DNA from: a virus
IMG/VR virus record: IMGVR_UViG_3300020040_000004
Location: 1-6,104 of that record
Length of the DNA stretch: 6,104 bases
Strand: one strand, 5' to 3'
Of this stretch, positions 1 to 4,927 are shown piece after piece; the first letter of the stretch is position 1, and each line of letters opens with the position of its first letter. The notes beneath the pieces were generated by a model. That model made no database searches. It was given only the letters and a program-made list of their open reading frames with translations, and was not told where the DNA came from. A program made the position numbers and the translations under genes.

Positions 1-121
1 TACTCCTGAAGACGGGAAGCAATAGCCAACTGCGGAATAGTTTGGACACCAGTCATCGAAACGGCAGAGCTACTACCAATAGGAAGAAGCCGACTAAATC
101 GATCAGGATTAGCCGGGATGA
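1..121. repeat. Direct terminal repeat, left copy (identical to 5984-6104); overlap left when a circular genome was assembled as a linear contig
   Basis: Base-by-base comparison shows 1-121 (tactcctgaagacggg...agccgggatga) is identical to 5984-6104. The repeat lies inside the capsid reading frame, which stays in frame across the join. Confidence 0.97.
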
Positions 122-1076
122 CAGCCATAGGATGGGCAAGGTTAAAAATAATAGGCTCAGCGAGGCCCTTTGCGTCGTCGCGCGAACTAAATTGATCTAG
201 AGGCGCCGAAGTTCCCCAGATTTGAATCGCAGTCGGTTGAGCCGCAACCGGATAACCGTCGCCTGAAGCACCGGCAGCAGCGCCTGTAGAGGAAATATCG
301 GAGGCGATAATCTGCCGAAGCAAAGCAGAACGACAATAGGTGTTATTGGAAGATGATACGGCTGCGGGATAAAATTGACTCTCAAAATAGGCATCAAGGA
401 ATTCAAGATTACCATAACGTTGAGTAAAATATGAATCCGCAGAATTCGAATTAAAGCCATAGGTGCCATTGGTAGCGGTAGAATGACCTGTTACGGTGTA
501 ATACCAAGAAGCGGGCCAAGCAAAGGAATAGAGCCCCCACTGCGAGTAACTGTAGTAATTTCGGACGATATCCCAATAGGCGAGATACGTATCAGCGTTA
601 GCCCAAACACCTCCAACAATACCCGAGGGGAGAACGATGCCGGAAGTTGAAGCAGGCGTAGCATAATTAACAGCACGATTAGATACGCGCAGCCAATACA
701 TAAGTGAATTAGAAAAAGTCGCAGTAACAGCAGGAGTCGCGCCAGTCGAAGGAATTCCTGGAACTGCGTTAATCCAATTCAAACTCAAACTATTCATATC
801 GAACTTACTGCTATTCGTTCTGAGCTCAGGGTGATACAACTGAAGAGGTACCCAAAAGCGGTGAAGCCGAATAGTGTAAGGATTGAACGTTGGAACGGCA
901 AGGGGATTACTTCGAACATCGATGCCTTGCTCGATAGAAACGCGGTCGCGAGCGTTGATAAAATCAATTCGCACCGGATACAAAATACCCGGTGTACACG
1001 TAAAGGCTTTACTCTCAGGAACATCGTAACGAGAGTAACCATTCACGGCATGTGAAATAAAGGGTTGCTTTCCCAT
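1..1076 (-). CDS. VP1: Major capsid protein (Microviridae VP1 / F-like), N-terminal part. It continues across the circular junction into 5983..5236 for a total of 607 aa.
   Basis: My hand translation of the minus strand from the ATG at 1076-1074 stays open to position 1. It is missing from the ORF track because it runs off the window. It reads MGKQPFISHAVNGYSRYDVPESKAFTCTPGILYPVRIDFINARDRV..NPLAVPTFNPYTIRLHRFWVPLQLY..YLAYWDIVRNYY. Position 56 is equivalent to 6039, and 1076-56=1020 is divisible by 3, so it is in frame with the listed ORF 5236-6039. These motifs resemble conserved microvirus capsid blocks. Confidence 0.93.
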   Translation of the reverse strand, partial: MGKQPFISHAVNGYSRYDVPESKAFTCTPGILYPVRIDFINARDRVSIEQGIDVRSNPLAVPTFNPYTIRLHRFWVPLQLYHPELRTNSSKFDMNSLSLNWINAVPGIPSTGATPAVTATFSNSLMYWLRVSNRAVNYATPASTSGIVLPSGIVGGVWANADTYLAYWDIVRNYYSYSQWGLYSFAWPASWYYTVTGHSTATNGTYGFNSNSADSYFTQRYGNLEFLDAYFESQFYPAAVSSSNNTYCRSALLRQIIASDISSTGAAAGASGDGYPVAAQPTAIQIWGTSAPLDQFSSRDDAKGLAEPIIFNLAHPMAVIPANPDRFSRLLPIGSSSAVSMTGVQTIPQLAIASRLQE

Positions 1077-1079
1077 AAA

Positions 1080-2150
1080 TTAAGTAATTAGTTGAAGTTT
1101 ATAATGATCTCTCCAAAACTGGAGAATGTCTAAATTTAACCAAGTAGGGGGGTCAAAATCGGGCATCTTCCGAGAAGATGCAGAAAAACGCATTATTTGC
1201 TTTTGCTCCCACGTATACGACGCTCTACAGGATACGGCGGAATTGAGGCCGAACCGCTCAACACACAGAGACACAATACGCTTAACCAGAGAAGACTTGC
1301 TAAAATGTGCATAAGCATCAGCAGCGGCAATCGAACGCAAAGTCTCGTCTTCCTGTTTAAGATATCTAAGATAATATCGAGGGATCGAGTAATTATAACT
1401 GATACGCTTCTCGAAATTATAATAAGACCACGTCGAAACACGAGCAGAAGGGCGAGGCATATAACCAAGAAAATCACCAACGCCAGCAGATACGAATTTT
1501 CGCGTATAACGGCGATGTTGGAGGAGGCAAGATAAAGGTATAAGTGTTCCATCTACGGTAACGAATTTATCCGAGATTTCCTCGGGGTTAAACTGAATTT
1601 GTTTAGTAACATACTTAACGCAGTAACGAGCGCGCTTATGGGTAGCCTTTGCCAGCCACACAAAGCCAAGATCTCGAACAGCAGAACGAATGGTGTTATA
1701 AAGAACATTTGTGCCAAAGAGAAAGCCGTGAAAATGCAATCGAGGCTCATTTCCCGTCTCAGGATGAGTGCCGAACTCTTGAAAAAAGGCATGCTTGAAC
1801 GAATGACCGAGTTTGTGCCGCAAACGCTCATTGAAACGACGGATGAATCGAGAAGGATCAAGCAAAGCTTCGTTGTAATACTTCGGAGCAATCGTTATAG
1901 TAATGAAAATAGCCTGCTGGTTATTAGCCTTACAACAAGCGAGCTCACGCTCTAGGCGGACAAACCAGTCATTACGCTGACGACGCAAGCAGTCTTCACA
2001 CTTACCACACGGGACCATGAGCCATTGACGGGCGACATCCCAAGGTCGAAGAGCTAAGGCCGATTTAGCAACATCGGAGCCATTACGACAAGGGTTCTTC
2101 TTGTCAAAATAACGGCGATTTCGTATCCATATGGGAGAAGAGCAGGCCAT
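1080..2150 (-). CDS. VP4: Rolling-circle replication initiation protein (Microviridae VP4 / phiX174 A-like HUH endonuclease), 356 aa
   Basis: ATG at 2150-2148 and TAA at 1082-1080. There is a Cys cluster (PCGKCEDCLRRQRNDW) and an HUH-type motif (RLHFHGFLFG). There is also a two-tyrosine motif (ARYCVKYVTKQ, Y-x-x-K-Y), as in the phiX174 A active site. The capsid ATG follows 3 nt after the stop. Confidence 0.94.
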   Translation of the reverse strand: MACSSPIWIRNRRYFDKKNPCRNGSDVAKSALALRPWDVARQWLMVPCGKCEDCLRRQRNDWFVRLERELACCKANNQQAIFITITIAPKYYNEALLDPSRFIRRFNERLRHKLGHSFKHAFFQEFGTHPETGNEPRLHFHGFLFGTNVLYNTIRSAVRDLGFVWLAKATHKRARYCVKYVTKQIQFNPEEISDKFVTVDGTLIPLSCLLQHRRYTRKFVSAGVGDFLGYMPRPSARVSTWSYYNFEKRISYNYSIPRYYLRYLKQEDETLRSIAAADAYAHFSKSSLVKRIVSLCVERFGLNSAVSCRASYTWEQKQIMRFSASSRKMPDFDPPTWLNLDILQFWRDHYKLQLIT

Positions 2151-2350
2151 TACAGAAGGCTTCTAAGACAATCAAATTTAACACCAGGACGATCAAGACG
2201 ACAGCGGACGAGATAGTCTCTCGCAGGACCCTCGTCAGCAAACCAAGCGATAGTAACTCGCTTTTTGCCGCGATATGCGCCAATAGAATAACGAAGAGGG
2301 ACACCATCAACAGTAGGGGAAAATCTAAGTTTGAAATCGAAGTTATCCAT
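2150..2350 (-). CDS. Hypothetical small basic protein, 66 aa, translationally coupled to VP4
   Basis: ATG at 2350-2348. Its stop TAA (2152-2150) overlaps the VP4 ATG (2150-2148) as TAATG. By my count it has 13 K+R against 8 D+E. I recognise no motif. Its position next to the Rep gene parallels the small C/VP5-type replication accessory proteins of other microviruses, but that is inference only. Confidence 0.6.
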   Translation of the reverse strand: MDNFDFKLRFSPTVDGVPLRYSIGAYRGKKRVTIAWFADEGPARDYLVRCRLDRPGVKFDCLRSLL

Positions 2351-2589
2351 AATTTAAAAATATTACTCTACGCTTCGAAAGACGGTACTTTCGAGCGCGA
2401 GAACTACTACGTTTCGCCGGCCGACAGCCTTAACGGCTGGGACGCTGCGCGTCTTCGGCCTCCATGGCTCCACTTCGTTTGGGATATACCGGCAAAGCCG
2501 GTGGATACAAAAAGCCCACAGGAGAAGGGGATATCTCCTGGGGCCTAGTGAGTCAAAGGACTCTTCCACCAAGCGGGCGGGTCACTACT
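2351..2589 (-). other. GC-rich non-coding module with seven stem-loops: a structured ssDNA/RNA element that may be a complementary-strand origin, a regulatory region or an ncRNA
   Basis: No ATG-initiated ORF on the coding strand. Hand-mapped helices are 2583-2595, 2566-2580, 2550-2563, 2514-2544, 2488-2502, 2419-2460 (three-way junction) and 2371-2397. G+C is about 59% over 2401-2580 (106/180 by hand count). Coding samples I counted gave 27-48%. Confidence 0.6.
2509..2544 (-). terminator. Intrinsic (Rho-independent) terminator-like hairpin downstream of the 107-aa gene
   Basis: The minus strand reads GGCCCCAGGAGA-UAUCCCCU-UCUCCUGUGGGCU followed by UUUUU. The stem is 11 bp (2514-2525 pairing with 2534-2544) with a one-base bulge at 2518. 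The loop is 8 nt, and the five U are the complement of A2509-A2513. Confidence 0.6.
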
Positions 2590-2913
2590 TTAGTGCCCTT
2601 TCCCTTCTTCTTTCGACGTGCTTTCATTGTGAGTTAGATCAGCATTAAACATAAGGACAAGCGTATTATCGAAAAAGTCAATCGAAAAATCAGGATACGC
2701 AGTCAGGGCCTCTACAAGACAGGGAATACGACAATGATCGATATAGGGCGAAGCAGAAATAGCAGAATGCTCTACATGATCAGTAATAGGAGTACGAGCA
2801 AGAGCATCAAGAGGAAGAGTTTCAAACTGATCATCTTTGATGTAGCCTACCTGTACAAGGTCAACCTTCAGAGCCGGATTGATGCGGCGAATAACAACAT
2901 GAATCTGTGTCAT
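2590..2913 (-). CDS. Hypothetical acidic protein, 107 aa (MTQIHVVIRRINPALKVDLVQVGYIKDDQFETLPLD...)
   Basis: This is the listed ORF 2590-2979, but its first codon at 2979-2977 is TTG. The first ATG is at 2913-2911, only 7 nt after the stop of the upstream gene, so I use that start. By my count it has 16 D+E against 8 K+R. I recognise no family. Confidence 0.55.
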   Translation of the reverse strand: MTQIHVVIRRINPALKVDLVQVGYIKDDQFETLPLDALARTPITDHVEHSAISASPYIDHCRIPCLVEALTAYPDFSIDFFDNTLVLMFNADLTHNESTSKEEGKGH

Positions 2914-2920
2914 AACAACA

Positions 2921-3241
2921 TTATTTAAAATTATTTTGAAAGTCAATGCAAAAACGACGCCAAGCGAAGGACAAATCAAACCAAAAGGAAACGCCTTCGG
3001 GCGTGTGAACGAATATGAAACTCATAGAAACAAGATCGCCTATGCCGAAATGAGGCGAATGCAATACACTCTCAATTCGAGAACGAAGCATAGCTCGAAA
3101 TAAGTTATTGCGTTCACCATCAAACCCGCAGTTTGATCTAAAAGCAGAAAGTATACCTCGACGGCGAAGCCACTCGACGAAAAGGTAATCTACAGCGTCA
3201 ATTGACAATTCGGAAATAATTGAAACTCTAGTCTTTTTCAT
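2921..3241 (-). CDS. Hypothetical mildly basic protein, 106 aa (MKKTRVSIISELSIDAVDYLFVEWLRRRG...)
   Basis: This is the listed ORF 2921-3289, but the codon at 3289-3287 is TTG. The first ATG is at 3241-3239. TAA is at 2923-2921. I recognise no family. Confidence 0.55.
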   Translation of the reverse strand: MKKTRVSIISELSIDAVDYLFVEWLRRRGILSAFRSNCGFDGERNNLFRAMLRSRIESVLHSPHFGIGDLVSMSFIFVHTPEGVSFWFDLSFAWRRFCIDFQNNFK

Positions 3242-3320
3242 AACAATAAGGTTACTGGTTTGAAATGCAAAGTAAGCAAGAATAACCAAACCTCAAGGTT
3301 CAAAAAGTCGAAGAAACTGT

Positions 3321-4601
3321 TCAATTTCTCTCATGATAGTTACGACGAGTGTAAGTGCTGCCAGTCGGGGTTCCCGATGGGCCGTAAATCTCCCTCACTT
3401 CCTCATAGCCTTCGGGACCGGCAGGACCCGCTGCCTTACGACCAACGTAGGAAGCACCGGCGATGCCTGCGGCAGTAGCAAAAGCTTTTGTAACATCATA
3501 AAACAGAGCGTTCTTGTTCTTGCGGATAGCAAACCAGTTACCGGACAGGCTCTGGCGACCTTCACCAAGATCAAGGCCACGAAGATAAGAGTAATATTCG
3601 CGACCTGTAATCTTCTCAAATTCTCCAGTGGGTTCACCCTTCTCGTTGATCAGAGGAACCTTTACAGGGGTTTCCCAAGTGACTTCAAACATGCGTTGCA
3701 TATCCTTCTGCTGAATGTCAAGAATATCAGCATGAGAACGGGACTCACGTGCGGAGGCTTTAGCAGAATCGGCGACAGCGCAAAGATAGGCAAGGTTGGC
3801 AGCGGCAGACTGTTCGAGAAGAGGGATCTCAGCATCGTTTTCAGCACGAATACGCTTAGTGCGCTCAACCTGTTCAGCATAAGCAGACTGAATGCGCTGG
3901 AAATCATACGTAGCAGCAAGGTCTGCATACTTGTTGTAGGCCTCCTGATTGATAGCCAACTCGCCATAATAACGAGCGAGCGAAGACTGATTGTCAATGT
4001 TAGCTCGCTTTAGTTGCTTCTCGAGCTCGATAAGGGCCTGGCCTTGTTCCCTGGTGGGCATCCTGTTACGAATGTCATCAGCCTGAGCATTATCGAGATT
4101 AGCGGCAGCCTTATTGCGTTCGATAGTCGAATTAACACCCATGGCATCGAGAGCGACACCTGCAGCAGCAGAACCAGCGCCAGGAGGCAGAGGACTGGAG
4201 AAGTCAAAAGAGCCGCCTGAAGGGCCGGAAGCACCAACGGAGCCCGAAGAACCGCCAGACATAGTAGCATTGACGCCGACGCCTGAAGAGCCTAAGACGG
4301 CAGCAGGGGTAATGCCGGCCTTCAAGTAACGATCAAAAACCTTCGTGGGGTCATTGTAAGCATTCTCATAATCAAACTGTTTCTGCCAGTTAGCATAATT
4401 GATTTCACCTTGTTTTTGCATCTGCTCCAAAGCGTACTGCTGTTGAAGTTTCATTTGCTTCTGCTGATATTTCCATTGTCTCTTGAGCGAGGGTTTGAAC
4501 AGGCCAGAGGCAACCTGACCGCCGGCCGAAATACCAGCGGCACCAAGTATAGCACCTGTGGAAAGAGGTCCGACGTAGGACTTGAAATCAATGAGTCTCA
4601 T
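3321..4601 (-). CDS. VP2: DNA pilot / minor capsid protein (Microviridae VP2 / H-like), 426 aa
   Basis: ATG at 4601-4599. It has a Gly/Ala-rich hydrophobic N-terminus (GPLSTGAILGAAGISAGGQVASGLF) and a Q/K-rich predicted coiled coil. It also has the block RYLKAGITPAAVLG, which resembles the AGLNP-type block of microvirus pilot proteins, and a G/S/A low-complexity tract. Its size and position are typical for this protein. Confidence 0.85.
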   Translation of the reverse strand: MRLIDFKSYVGPLSTGAILGAAGISAGGQVASGLFKPSLKRQWKYQQKQMKLQQQYALEQMQKQGEINYANWQKQFDYENAYNDPTKVFDRYLKAGITPAAVLGSSGVGVNATMSGGSSGSVGASGPSGGSFDFSSPLPPGAGSAAAGVALDAMGVNSTIERNKAAANLDNAQADDIRNRMPTREQGQALIELEKQLKRANIDNQSSLARYYGELAINQEAYNKYADLAATYDFQRIQSAYAEQVERTKRIRAENDAEIPLLEQSAAANLAYLCAVADSAKASARESRSHADILDIQQKDMQRMFEVTWETPVKVPLINEKGEPTGEFEKITGREYYSYLRGLDLGEGRQSLSGNWFAIRKNKNALFYDVTKAFATAAGIAGASYVGRKAAGPAGPEGYEEVREIYGPSGTPTGSTYTRRNYHERN

Positions 4602-4602
4602 A

Positions 4603-4794
4603 TTACGGAAGCGAAAAATTGTTCGAACGGATAATGTAGTCTACACGAACAGTATCAATATGAATACCTGCTCGAGCAACTTTTGCCTGTGCAGAACACG
4701 AGGACAAGAAAAAGGCAGCCAAAGCAGCGACAATGGACGAGACGAGCGTCCAAAACGCCTTCGACTTATAAAAGGGTTGTTTAGTATCAGACAT
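4603..4794 (-). CDS. Small predicted lipoprotein or membrane protein, 63 aa from the ATG at 4794. The ORF also stays open upstream to an ATG at 4905, which would give 100 aa.
   Basis: It reads MSDTKQPFYKSKAFWTLVSSIVAALAAFFLSSCSAQAK.... That is a Lys-containing n-region, an 18-aa hydrophobic core, then L-S-S-C, which fits the lipobox pattern [LVI][ASTVI][GAS]C. The stop TAA (4605-4603) lies 1 nt before the VP2 ATG. The start is uncertain because 4795-4905 coincides with a long hairpin plus U tract. Confidence 0.6.
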   Translation of the reverse strand: MSDTKQPFYKSKAFWTLVSSIVAALAAFFLSSCSAQAKVARAGIHIDTVRVDYIIRSNNFSLP

Positions 4795-4819
4795 GATAGT
4801 AGAATTTAAAGAACGATAG

Positions 4820-4897
4820 AAAAATGCGCGGCCTCTCCTGCAGTCGTTACCAATAACCTTCAGCAATTCACGGACTCTCGCAGAAGGGGTCCGCGCA
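4820..4897 (-). terminator. Long imperfect GC-rich hairpin followed by U5: a terminator- or attenuator-like element between the capsid block and the pilot block
   Basis: Minus-strand UGCGCGGACCCCUUCUGC..AGU.CGU (4897-4870) pairs with ACGACU..GCAGGAGAGGCCGCGCA (4847-4825). That gives about 23 pairs with bulges, one mismatch and one G-U, around a 22-nt apical loop. UUUUU follows directly (complement of A4820-A4824). The size and large loop are non-canonical. Confidence 0.4.
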
Positions 4898-4927
4898 CGT
4901 AGCATATATCGTCAAGTAAAGGATATA

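Noticed and set aside
197-1042. Alternate-frame minus-strand ORFs inside VP1 (197-469, 491-676, 794-1042 and 5847-6032) and inside VP4 and VP2 (1193-1552, 1553-1891, 2104-2310, 3395-3637, 3662-3997)
   Set aside because: Each is nested inside a well-supported core gene and has no distinctive architecture. There are too many alternate-frame ORFs in this genome for length to be evidence. Only the two with membrane-protein character are raised as low-interest findings.
2173-2180. Matches to the Bacteroides -7 promoter motif TAnnTTTG on the coding strand (TAAATTTG at 2173-2180, and others at 3781-3788, 5027-5034 and 5823-5830)
   Set aside because: The motif has low information content, so several hits are expected by chance. 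All hits are inside genes, and none has a correctly spaced -33 TTTG. I therefore annotate no promoter.
2358-2366. AAATATTAC (NANTATTAC-like nonanucleotide) next to hairpin 2371-2397
   Set aside because: It is on the non-virion strand and outside the hairpin loop, so it does not fit the CRESS-type origin layout. It sits in a tract that is simply A/T-rich.
2411-2460. Resemblance to an HDV-like ribozyme (GGCCG..GUCCCAGCC..GGCUG..CGGCC) and to a solitary CRISPR repeat (GUC-hairpin-..GCGAAAC, 2411-2443)
   Set aside because: The helix order does not fit the HDV nested double pseudoknot. The would-be P2 strand is a self-contained hairpin, and the loop has no C residues to form P1.1. The repeat-like unit occurs only once, its 14-nt tail is atypical, and I cannot match it to any repeat family from memory.
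2363-2572. A 69-aa minus-strand ORF that almost exactly fills the large intergenic region
   Set aside because: Its only start is TTG (2572-2570) and it has no in-frame ATG. It runs straight through a canonical terminator and six other helices. The high G+C of the region makes a 70-codon open frame fairly likely by chance. I keep it as the stated alternative to the structured-element interpretation.
2643-2670. ATTAAACATAA, a 10/11 match to the XerD arm of E. coli dif (ATTTAACATAA)
   Set aside because: The partner arm 6 bp away (GCGTATTATCG) does not match the XerC arm. The site lies inside the 107-aa coding region, and the host is probably not enterobacterial.
2914-2979. N-terminal extension of the 107-aa gene to 129 aa, and likewise 3242-3289 extending the 106-aa gene to 122 aa
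   Set aside because: Both extended ORFs begin with TTG, and the first would overlap the upstream gene by 59 nt. The first ATGs (2913 and 3241) give a clean non-overlapping layout.
2991-3004. ACGCC-TTCG-GGCGT hairpin, followed on the coding strand by a U-rich run
   Set aside because: The stem is only 5 bp and lies inside the 106-aa coding region, where it encodes ..HTPEGVSF... The evidence is too weak to call an internal terminator.
3333-4013. A 226-aa ORF on the plus strand, the longest plus-strand ORF in the track
   Set aside because: It is fully antisense to VP2 and has no recognisable motif. Long antisense ORFs are a common by-product of codon bias, and microviruses transcribe only one strand. 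The same reasoning applies to the other plus-strand ORFs. These are 831-1055, 1126-1314, 1197-1535, 1599-1955, 2734-2928, 3260-3478, 4014-4220, 4410-4634, 4582-4809 and 4944-5174.
4075-4081. Hammerhead core CUGAUGA on the coding strand (also CUGACGA at 2229-2235 and CUGAAGA near 4934-4940)
   Set aside because: None of these heptamers is followed by a plausible stem II and a GAAA core element, and all lie within coding sequence.
4114-4329. Plus-strand ORF encoding a Pro/Glu/Ala-rich 71-aa peptide
   Set aside because: It is the antisense reading of the Gly/Ser/Ala low-complexity tract of VP2, so the composition is an artefact.
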